The notes under the pieces are model-generated. The model did no database searches. It saw only the letters and a program-made list of their open reading frames with translations, and had not been told where the DNA came from. A program made the position numbers and the translations under genes. Positions 9,922 through 19,436 of a stretch of 20,000 bases of DNA are shown piece by piece. This DNA comes from Rhizaria sp. SCN 62-66 (Eukaryota). Position 1 is the first letter of the stretch. Each line of letters begins with the position of its first letter. The stretch spans positions 50,926 through 70,925 of the forward strand of contig MEDY01000121.1 in NCBI GenBank assembly GCA_001724265.1, read 5' to 3'.

Positions 9922-12900
9922 CGACGATGATGATGACAGCAACAACAACGAAGAGGGCGACAACCTTGAGGAAAGCACCGACGGCACGATGACAACGACC
10001 GCTGGAAACACTACCGCTGCTGCTGCCGCGGCTGCCAGTGCCAATACGGATGTCTTCACCGGCGGATTGGCACCGGGCGCTGGTGTCAGGGGCAAGGTCG
10101 GCGTATGGGGAGACCTGTACCCTGGTACGTGTTTGACTCTAGATTTATTGTCGCAATACGACACAGTTAACTAAATATAGACGAAATGTATCCGAGGTAT
10201 TGCCATATCACGCAACGTTACGTTATTCACGATCGACTTGATGAAAACGGTTTGCTTATCTCTGCTCACTCTTCTGCTTTTTCGTCTCTTTTGTCCTGCC
10301 ATATTCACGCCCAGGCCGCCTGCGCTCCGGCCCCGACCCAGACCCCCGCGGCCTCTCCCCCAACAGCAGCAGCAGCAGTCATCGCCGCAGTGGCACTAGC
10401 TGCTCCCACCACTCCACAGCCGGCCTCTCGAAGCGCCGGTCCAACGCGACCCACAGCAACGCGTACAGCAACTACTCGGACGACAACTGCGGCGACTGCA
10501 GCAGCGGGAGTCTGCTCTCGGACGAGTCAGACTCGGACTACAACAGCAACGCTAACCCCTACACCGCGGCCACTGCCAACGCCACGGCTTCTGCGGGTGT
10601 GACCCACGGCCGCCGCTCAGCCGGCAACGCCGCCGCCACTGCTGCTGCTGCGGCGGCGGCGGCGGCGAGCGACGTCCCCGCCGACAAGGCCGCCGCGGCG
10701 GCGGCCGCGCTGTCGTCGCTTAAGGGCCTCGACTCGTCCAAGTGGCCGCTGACGGCGCTGAAGCAGTACTTCGCACAGGTCGAGGGCGCCACGGCCACGC
10801 GGCGGCTCTTCGCGCGGGTTAACGACCTGCTGCTGCGGACGGTGATCGCGTGCGAGGACGAGGTGGCGTCGCTGTCACTGCGCCGCGGCGTGCAGCCCGA
10901 TCAGAGCTTCGAGCTGCTGGGTTTCGACGTTATGATCGACTCGAACCTGACGCCGTGGCTCATCGAGGTCAACATTGGGCCCTCGCTGTCGGCGTCGTCG
11001 CCGCTGGACAAGCGCATCAAGACGGCGCTTCTGCGAGACGTGTTCAACCTTGTCGGCGTGCCCGTCGGCGGCGACGGCTCCGGACGCAACGCGCCCCCCG
11101 ACTTCGCGGCCGCCGCGGCCGCGGCGACGGCGCAGGCCAACAGGGACGCTGTCGCCATCAAGCGACTCAGGCTCGCAGAGTCCAAGGGGACCAACTTCTA
11201 CAGCGCCGTCAGTACCAACGCTCCCATCAACGCTGGCGCTGGCGCTGGCGCTGGCTCTGCAGGCGCTGGCAGCGGCAAGCGCGGCACCTGGGGTTCCGCT
11301 GCCAAATCCTCCAACACCGCCCTTGCTAACGCCGCCGGCGCGGGCGGCGCTGGCGCTGGCTCCCGCGCCGCCGCTGCTGCTGGCGGTGGCGCGGGTACGG
11401 TTGCGGTCGGCGCGGGCAAGGCCGGGCCCAGGGGCGAGGTGGGGGCCGTGGCGGCGGCGGTGGCCGCGCTCGAGTTCACGCCCAACGACCTCACGCTCAT
11501 TCGACAGGTACGCGTTGAGCTTGAAGCAAAACGCGAACAACTTGAATCAATTCTATTTTTAAATGCTGTAAACCGTGCTTGCTGCATACTTTATTAAACG
11601 TTCTATCACCACTCGCACTCATCTTCACTTCCACATAATCTCTTGTTTCTTTTTCGTCTCTGTTTCTTCTTTACTTCACGTCTCGCTCTCCCCCGCCCAG
11701 GTCGAGTTCGAGCACCTGCGCCGCGGCGCCTTCATGCGTCTCTTCCCGCACCCGGCGACGCACCGCCACTACGCGCAGTTCCTGTCGCCGCGCCGCCGCA
11801 GCAACCACGTGCTGCTGCGCTTCGCCCAGCTGCCGCTGCCCTCGGCGCTCGACCTGCTGGGCCCGCCCAGTGCCGAGTACTCCGACGCGGGGCTGCTGCT
11901 GACCTCATCGCTCCACAGCCACGCCAGCCACTTCACTGGCGGCTCAGCACAGGCGCAGCAAGCGTGTGCGAGTGCGAGCGCGGGCGCGGGCGCAGGTATG
12001 ATTACGACGGTCAGTGTAGCCGCGGTAGTGACTGCGCGCGCGGCCTCGGCTGCGGCCCGCCGTGCTCGCAGCGCCAACCTCAACAACAACAGTGGCCCTG
12101 GCGCTGGCGCTGGCGCTGGCGCTGGTAACGCTGCTGCTGCCACTGCTGCTGCAGCTGCCGTGCCTGCGGGGGCGAGAGACTCCGTCTTGCTCGCACTCTC
12201 GCGCAACAATAACGCCAACAACACTGCAGCTAATACCAACAGCAATGGCTACTACACGAGCGCGAACCCGTACAACAGCAACAACAACAGCAGCAGCAGC
12301 GGCAGCGGCAGCAACGCCGCCAACAGCGCGGGCGACGATAGTAATGGCGGCAACAACACCGGCAGCGACGCCGACGCCACTAGTCCGACCGTGGCCGCGG
12401 TGAACCATGCAGCGGACTCGACGGCGGCTGCTGCTGCTGCTGCGACACCGCCGACGACGGGCCCCTACGGCAGCGGCGGCATCAGCCTGACCGGCGGTAC
12501 CATGGGCAGCTCGATCAGCTCCGGCTACACACTGCGCTCGCGGCCGCCGTCCTCGTCCTCGTACTACAACAACGGCAACCGCGGCGTCGGGGGCAGTAGT
12601 CACGCTGGGCTGGGACTGGGGCTGGCCCACGGTCACGCTCACGGTCACTTTGCTGCCCACGGTCACCCCGCGTCCCGCGGCTCGGGCGCTATGGCCATGG
12701 CCGGCGCTGGCGCTGGCGCCGCGGCCGGGGCGGGGTGGTCTCGGCTGGCCGGCTCCGGCTCAGCCGCCGGCTCTCGGCCCGGGTCCCGCGGACTGGTCGC
12801 AATGGGCTCCGCCAACGCCAACGGCCTCGGCCTCGGACTAGGGGGCGTCAACATCGGCTACGGGCTCGGGCTCGAGACGCTCTCCCTGTCCAGCGGCGCC

Positions 12901-13620
12901 ACCAACGCGACTCAGGCGAGCGCAAGCGCAGGCAGCGCTGGCAGTCCAGGCTCCGGCGGCCCCCCGGCGCAGCCGATGCTAGTTGGCAACCGCGGCGGCG
13001 GGCTGTTGCTGGCGCCCGCGCGGCAGCTGCGACAGCGCGTCCTCGCCACCTACCAGCAGGAGGCGCTGGCCGAAACCACGGCCGCCGCCGCCGCCGCCGC
13101 CGCTGCGGCCGCCGCCGCGAACCGCGGGGAGGAGCTGAGACTGGCGCTCGAGGCCGCCGCGGCCGCGGGGTCGCCGGGCGAGGCCGCGGCGGCGGCGGCG
13201 GACGCTGCGGGCGCGCGGGGCCGCGCGGGCGTCGCGGCGCTGGCGCAGCAGCAGCAGCTACAGGCCATGATGTACACGAGAAACGCGGTTCTCATGCAGC
13301 AGCAGCAGCAACAGCAACAGCAGCAACAACAGCAGCTGCAGCAACAGAAGTTACTCCAGCAGCAGCAACAGCAACAGCAGATGCAGATGCAGACTCGCTA
13401 CGGACACCCTTGGCTGTCGCAGCAGCAGCAACTGCTCCAACAGCAGCAGCACCAGCTGCAGCATCAGGGCATGTCGTCCCTCAGTCTCGGCATCGTCGGT
13501 CAGGGGGTCAGCTCGGGCAGCGGCAACGGCGCCGGCGCTGGCGCTGGTGAGGGTGGCATGGGCTTTGCGGCGCCTGTGCCTGCCAAGAAACGCGCCGCTT
13601 TCCTCTCCGGCACGCGGTGA
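7195..13620 (+). CDS. TTLL4: Tubulin-tyrosine-ligase-like protein (tubulin glutamylase, TTLL4/TTLL5 class, closest to TTLL4); join(7195..8626,8823..9429,9589..10124,10315..11507,11701..13620), ~1895 aa
   Basis: GCCACCATG start. The spliced product gives ordered TTL motifs: [124 protein letters not shown], and the TTLL4/5-type EHLRRGAFMRLFP. All four intron phases match. The family call is firm; the subfamily and symbol are less certain. Confidence 0.92.
8627..8822 (+). other. TTLL intron 1 (196 nt, phase 1)
   Basis: GTACGC...CCCCAAG; CTCAC at 8782-8786; restores [13 protein letters not shown]. Confidence 0.9.
9430..9588 (+). other. TTLL intron 2 (159 nt, phase 2)
   Basis: GTACGT...TTTCAG; CTCAC at 9541-9545; restores GLARF. 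Confidence 0.92.
10125..10314 (+). other. TTLL intron 3 (190 nt, phase 1)
   Basis: GTACGT...CCCAG; CTCAC at 10265-10269; joins into the frame that encodes KWPL and FELLGFD. Confidence 0.85.
11508..11700 (+). other. TTLL intron 4 (193 nt, phase 0)
   Basis: CAG|GTACGC...CCCAG; restores LIRQ|VEFEHLRRGAF. Confidence 0.9.
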
Positions 13621-14042
13621 GCGGCAACACAATGAATCCCTAAACAACACGAGATTCAAGAACATATTTATAAAACGATAATGAATCCAAGAACAACTAT
13701 TTTTTTTCTTTTGTTGACCGTTAAATAAAACTTCCCCACTTTTTAACACAAATTAAAGTGTCTTTCAACATCATTTAATATTTGCTTGCATTCAGTGTCA
13801 GTGCAGAGTCTACTTCAGACACTTCAATTCAATGTGCATGTGTATTCATATTGCCGTCGCGACGATCATCATCACAGAACAGCGGCGCAGCTGGCCTTTT
13901 CTGAGGCCAATATAAATCTAAGTATGATGGAGGCAGAACAAATTCAAGACACACATGTCATCATCTCCAACTGACTGTGAGTATGATGTGACTGGCGGCG
14001 ACTGCGGCTTCCTGTGAGCCAAAGCGCAGAGCGTTATACAGC

Positions 14043-15717
14043 TCACTCGGCAAACGTGGCCCTAGCGCCGACAACGGGCCCAACGGCGTTGCTGTTGTTG
14101 CTGCTGCCGTAGTTGCCGAGCTTCTTGATGCCACCGCCAGCGGCACTCGCACTCGCCTGTTGCTGCGGTTGCTGCTGGTTGCTAAGAAGACTCAGGGGCA
14201 TGGTTGCAGCGCCAGCGGCCGCGGCAGCGCCGTCCTCGATAGGGAAGCGGGCCTCCTCGCGACCAGCCAGGCCAGCCTGTATGGAGAGAACAAAACAAAG
14301 CGAGAAAAAACATGGGAGATGCATAAGATGGCATATATGTGGGAATTTCAATGTTTCGAGTAGTGACGCACATAAGAAAGACGCCAATATAAGTTATATC
14401 ATAGCAATTCAACATTATATGCAGCGCCTATAGGCGATTACGAATTGGACAGCAATGGCGCTGAGATCCCAAGGTAGATCCCCAAGAGCGTATTTGAGCA
14501 TATTTTCATGAACGCCACTTGAAGTTGCATATGATCCAAAAATAACGCTTCCTGGATGCGCTATTATCGCTTTGGAATCGAACAAGTGTTCCCATTGGCT
14601 CCCGGTTCCATTCCTATCCAATTCGAAATCGCATAGAGACAAAAAAAGACTTCTGTTTCTTTCTGACAGCAAATATCACACGTACCTGACTGTAGTAGTA
14701 GCTGTAGAGCTCCTTGAGCGTCACGAACCCGGTCCCCGAGACGTTGATCGCGGCGAAGACCCCCGGCACGGCCTCCTTGGCGACGTGCGCGCCCAGCAGC
14801 GGCACGAACGCGGCGGCGACCTCGCTACGCGATAGCAGCCCGTCCCCATCAGTGTCTGCGGCGTGGAAAAGCCGCACGGCCAGCACCTTGAGCTTGCGCG
14901 CGGCGCGGCGGCGCTGGGCAGCGATGTAGCCGTTGTAGAAGTCGCTGAAGGTAATCTCGTCGCCGGACCGCGTCTTGCCGAGGCGCGCGAAGTAGAGCTC
15001 GACCTGCTCGGCGATCTGCTGGTCGTCGAGGCCATGTGTGAAGAGCATCTCGCCCAGTTCGTGCCGCGAGACCGTGCCGCTCGAGTCCAGGTCAATCAGA
15101 TTAAACTCAAGCTGCAGCTCCTGCACCGAGAGCGCGTCGACGTTGGCGCGGCGCACCAACCGCGGCGGGTGGCGCGCGGCAAAGGACTGCAGGTCGGTGA
15201 TGAAGATCACGCCCGTGTTGTCCTCGTCGACCTTGGCGAACACGTGCGAGACGAAGGCCTCAACGGCACGCGGCCGGTAGCCAAGGCGCGCGAGCGAGCG
15301 CGCAACGTCGGGCCGCGAGACGACCTGCGACGCGCGCTGCTGCTTGAGGTCGGCTACGAGGAGCTCGACGCGGGCCACCTCCTGCGCGCGCAGTGGCAGC
15401 GGCGTCGCGAAGAGAGTCGCCTGCACGTCGCGGTGCGCAACCTGCTCGGGCGTCAACTGCCGGTGCAGGCAGTCCTGGCAACGGATCCCGCCCGCGGGGA
15501 AGTGGCGCGCGCAGAAGGGCGAGGACTCGCGCGCCTTGGCCTCCTCGAGCAGGTCGGCAATCTTGGCGTCAATATCGGGCTTCTTGAACGGGTGGAAGTA
15601 GCTGATCTTCTTGCCCTGCATCGTGTCCTTGGCTACGCGGATCCACAGAAGGTCGATCTTCTTGCACCCCGCGCATTTGGGAACGATGCCCTTGTTGTGC
15701 TTCGGACAGCCGGGCAT
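14043..15717 (-). CDS. EF-hand calcium-binding protein with two N-terminal CHCC-type motifs; complement(join(14043..14276,14686..15717)), ~421 aa
   Basis: EF loops DEDNTGVIFITD, DLDSSGTVSRHE, DTDGDGLLSRSE and NVSGTGFVTLKE, plus two degenerate partners. CAG|GTACGT donor at 14685; pyrimidine tract and ACAG acceptor at 14277; phase 0. Exon 2 is low-complexity and ends in TGA at 14045-14043. Confidence 0.85.
14277..14685 (-). other. EF-hand gene intron (409 nt, phase 0)
   Basis: GTACGT...TCTCTCCATACAG on the minus strand; frame preserved. Confidence 0.8.
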
Positions 15718-16448
15718 GGGGGTTCCAGGGCCTGAGTGGTGTGTTGACTGGGAGGACTCTAGTAAACGGCAATCGGCGAGTAGACACAGTATTAGCAGCT
15801 TTGAGCGTATTAAAAGAAAAAAAGATGCGTGAAGACAATTTATTTCTGGAATTCACAAAAACTCTGCGAATAACGGATTCTGCGAGGTTGTAGCCGATGT
15901 GAAAGATGCCCCCCATTAGTAACCGTTGTTGACTCTGGTCGGTGGTGCGGTTTTGCGTTTGTGGTGGCTTGGGAAGTTAAGTCGGGTCGGTCGAAGACTG
16001 AGACCAACAGCTCTGGATGTGGTCGGCCTTGCGTCTGGAGCGATTTCGCGCTGAGTCTAAGCACTGGTTGAAATGTTATTTTATTATCAAAGTACTTCCA
16101 AGTGGATGCCACTTTCACTGAAGCCGCTAGCACATTAACGGATGTTTGATGGTGTTTAGGCTCGGTTTGTCGCTCGATGACGACCGCGGTCTCTCACATC
16201 GTTGACTCTCACTTTCTAAACCTCTAACATCTTAGAAATAGCCTGCGAGCAATCTGTTTCACGTCACACGCTTTAAATTACACTCATTCTACCACATATC
16301 GACGCTTATGTCTCACTGTCTGCTGTTATCGCCCGTTTGATTCACTCTTTCTCCTCCATCGCCGTCGTCTTCCCGTCCAGAACCCCTCTCTCCCGCCCGC
16401 GCTCTCTAGCCCCAGCCCTCGCTTGTTCCCCCGCTGCCTCTCTCCACC
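15718..16448. promoter_or_regulatory. Divergent (probably bidirectional) promoter/5'UTR region between the EF-hand gene and YIPF6
   Basis: Head-to-head start codons ~730 nt apart; lower GC; no credible ORF. Inferred from position only. Confidence 0.55.
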
Positions 16449-17512
16449 ATGGACAACCAACTTGGCGACATGGAGCTCGGCGTCATGGGCTCCTCCTCCT
16501 CCAACGTCGGCGCCGCCTCGCCCGCGCCCGCGCCCGCGTCGACCGTGAGCCTCGAGACGCTCGACGAGCCCGTCACCACCACGATCGTACGCCCCGCATC
16601 CCACCCCTGATCCGCAACAAAACGAGTTAAATCCCCGATATATCAAATGTCCTACGCTTTCTTCACCTACGAGTTTGGCATCGATTCTCTAAATATGCGC
16701 CCATCTCGCCGTAATCCTTGTTTCAGAACTCACCTCATGACACCTCTTATTCGCCGCCATTTCTCTCCGTCCCCGCGCCTTGCGCCCCCGCTAGGCGCGT
16801 GACTTGCGCCAGATCGGCCAGAAGATTGGCTACGTGCTGCTTCCGCGCCGCACTGACGCCTCGATGCGCGAGCTCCGCAACTGGGACCTCTGGGGTCCCC
16901 TCATCCTCTGCATGCTCCTGTCCGCCGCTCTGTACGTCCCGTGATCAAACACAAAACAAGATATATCTCGCGACGATTTCAATATATTGAAGTAGCTCTT
17001 TGACATTAAGTTAAATGGCATCTATTACATCACTCTTAGTTTTCATTGAAGTTGGCGAGAATCAAACACAACGGTGCTCCAATTTTCATACTCTGCTCAC
17101 TCTCGTCTGTCCTGTTTCTGTCCATATTTTTGTTATCCTTGCGGCTTCCCTGCTTAGCTCGTGGGGCAACAAGGAGCCCGGCGTGGTGTTTGCGGGCGTC
17201 TTCGTCATCGTCTGGGCGGGTGCCGCGGGCGTGACTGTCAACGCTGCGCTGCTGGGCGGCAAGATCTCGTTCTTCCAGTCTGTCTGCGTGCTTGGCTACT
17301 GCCTGGCACCGCTCAACATCGCTTCGCTCGCCGTGCGGCTGTGGAGCAACATCATCTTCCGCTTCGTCTTCACCGCTGTGTGCTATGTCTGGGCGACCCG
17401 CGCGTCGGTGGGCTTCATGGCGCAGCTGGTGCCTGATGACCGCAGGTTCCTGGGCGTGTATCCCGTCGTGCTCTTCTACTTCGTCATCGGCTGGATGATT
17501 CTCGTCAGCTGA
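16449..17512 (+). CDS. YIPF6: Yip1-domain Golgi membrane protein, YIPF6 (yeast Yip4)-like; join(16449..16586,16795..16931,17158..17512), 209 aa
   Basis: CCACCATG start. Motifs TLDEPVTTTI|ARDLRQIGQK, ELRNWDLWGPLILC, VTVNAALLGGKISFFQSVCVLGYC and YPVVLFYF; five hydrophobic segments. Exons 1-2 are missed by the ORF track. Confidence 0.95.
16587..16794 (+). other. YIPF6 intron 1 (208 nt, phase 0)
   Basis: GTACGC...GCTAG; CTCAC at 16729-16733. Confidence 0.92.
16932..17157 (+). other. YIPF6 intron 2 (226 nt, phase 2)
   Basis: GTACGT...CTTAG; CTCAC at 17096-17100. Confidence 0.92.
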
Positions 17513-18035
17513 AGTGAAGATATTGCGCGACTGCTATCAATCAGGCGCGATCTGATGCTGCTGGTGGGCGTCTCCAAGCCGCGTCTCCACAGAACGGCGA
17601 TTCAGAACGTTCTATCAAGTGATGACGCTGGCAAATGTAGGCGTGCGTGCAGGGGAGTATCAGCTCGTGGCAAGTTTCGCAAAGCTGTTGTTTAGTATTT
17701 CTATTGAAGTTGTGACTGTGTATTGTGTGTCATTGTACTCGCTAGTATTCGTCTCTTTATTAAAGCTATTAGCAAAAACAGGCCATTCATGGTGCTATTC
17801 TCGCTGCAAGCAAGCACAAATACAGAAGAGGATATAGTTATTCCAATTACGAATCCCTTCTCGGAACAACAAAGCAAAACTCTATATTAACAATTATATG
17901 ATGTATTTGACACTTTCAGGACTTTCTCTTATTTCATATCATCAGAAACAAAAACCGAGATAACACTCCTATTTTAATCCGGCCGGCCCTTTCGAGCTCG
18001 CTTTCACAGTGTTTGCCTGTTCCGTTCGCGGCCGC

Positions 18036-19436
18036 TCACTGCCAAAGGTGGGGGCGGTACGTCGAGTAGATGGCCTGCTTGCTGCCGATGCTCGTCTTGC
18101 GCCGCTTCTGCACGCGCGCCGCCTTGGCCCGCGCCTGCCGCTCGGCCACGATCAGCTTGATGCGTGCCTCGCGCTCGTCGACCTTGCGCCGGAGCCCCTC
18201 CTCCCATGTCTCACGGGCCATCTTCGCCGCCGCGGCCTCCGCGCGAGACGTCTCGTCCTCGATCTTCCACGGGTACAGTTCCTCGCCCTCGTCGTCGTCC
18301 TTGGCAGCAACAGCAGTAGTAGACTTGGAGTCAGTCTTCAGGCTTGCGATCTCACCAAGATCATCGTCATCATTGTCGTCGTCGTCGTCGTCGTCGTTAA
18401 CGTCCTCGTCCTCTTCGTCCTCGTCGTCGCTGTCGCCCTTGTGGCCAGCTTTGGAGGTCTTGCTGGCAGCGGCGGTGGGCTTCTTGGTGGCGGGGGCAGC
18501 AGGCATAGTACGCTTGTTGTTCGCAGGCTTGCTGTTGCTCTTGCTGTTGCTGCCTGAAATAAGGCCGGCCTCGCGCATCGCCTCCATCTCGTCCTCATCC
18601 TCCTCCTCGTCTTCGTCAGCCTCAGAGTCAGCATCAGCCTGACTGTCATCCTCGTCCTCGTCCTCCTCCTCGTCGTCGTCGTCTTCGTCAGCGTCGGCGT
18701 CGGCGTCGAACTCAATCTCAGCGTCCTCGTCGTCATCATAGTCATCACTGCCGTCCTCGTCATCGTTGGCCTCGGAGTCGGAGTCGGACGCGAGCTGCTG
18801 CGCGTGGAGCAAGAACTGCTTCACGAGGTCGTCCTTGACGCCGCCCAGCCCCTTGGACAGGTCCACGGTCACTCCATCATCATCGCCGTCCTCCTCCTCG
18901 TCGTCGTCATCGTCGTCATCGTCGTCGGAGGAGTTGGCCTCGCGGACCGAGTAGGACAGCCAATCGCCACCCTTCTTGCCGCTCGCCTTGGTCTTGGCAG
19001 CGGCGACAGGGGCGGCAAACTTGCCCCCCTTGGAAACAAGAGCAGCAGCTGCAGCCGCCTTCGACAAGGGCTTGGTGGCAGCAGCGGCGGGCTTGGCGGC
19101 GGCGGCAGCGGGCTTGACAGCAGCAGCGGGAGCAGCAGCAGCAACAGCCTTGGAGGGCTTGTTGGGGACGGCGGCAGCGGCAGCGGCAGAGGGAGCCTTC
19201 TTAGCAGCAGGAGCAGGGGCGACGGCGGGCTTGGAGCGGGCCTTGGGGGCAGGCGCAGCAACGGGAGCAGCCTAACACAGCAACAATAAGAAAGAATATA
19301 TGAAAATAAAGTAAGTTTGCAAGGAAATAAAGAGCGAGTGAGGAGAATAGATGACGTCGTAGGCTTTATTGCGTACCTTAGAAGGATGGGCCTTTTGGGC
19401 CTTAGCAGGAGTAGCGGCAGACTTCTTGGAAGACAT
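18036..19436 (-). CDS. Lys/Ala/Pro-rich and Asp/Glu-rich disordered protein, probably nuclear or nucleolar; complement(join(18036..19271,19377..19436)), ~431 aa
   Basis: Exon 1 encodes MSSKKSAATPAKAQKAHPSK, then AAG|GTACGC; GTTAG acceptor at 19272, phase 0, in frame with ORF 18036..19067. Long acidic tracts; basic C-terminal helix with KRRK. Confidence 0.85.
19272..19376 (-). other. Gene 5 intron (105 nt, phase 0)
   Basis: GTACGC...TGTTAG; CTCAC on the minus strand at 19342-19338. Confidence 0.88.

Noticed and set aside
1590-11700. ORF-track N-terminal extensions (1590, 7147, 8762, 9566, 11575) as separate genes
   Set aside because: They start in introns or the 5'UTR, mostly at non-ATG codons; spliced models restore the conserved motifs.
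36-13550. Many long antisense and alternate-frame ORFs (e.g. 2075..3304 -, 4128..5405 -, 12735..13550 +)
   Set aside because: Expected shadows of GC-rich repetitive coding sequence; they have no motifs or splice structure of their own.
13810-13875. C/D snoRNA-like on the minus strand (GTGATGA...CTGA)
   Set aside because: The C box is part of a TGA microrepeat; no convincing terminal stem and no rRNA guide that I recognise.
14034-14045. Possible selenocysteine/readthrough at the EF-hand gene stop (TGA GCT GTA TAA)
   Set aside because: No redox-motif context and no downstream SECIS-like helix found.
14415-14672. Intronic ORF with EF-loop-like DRNGTGSQWEHL
   Set aside because: Lacks the hydrophobic position 8 and acidic position 12, lacks GC3 bias, and has no compatible splice sites.
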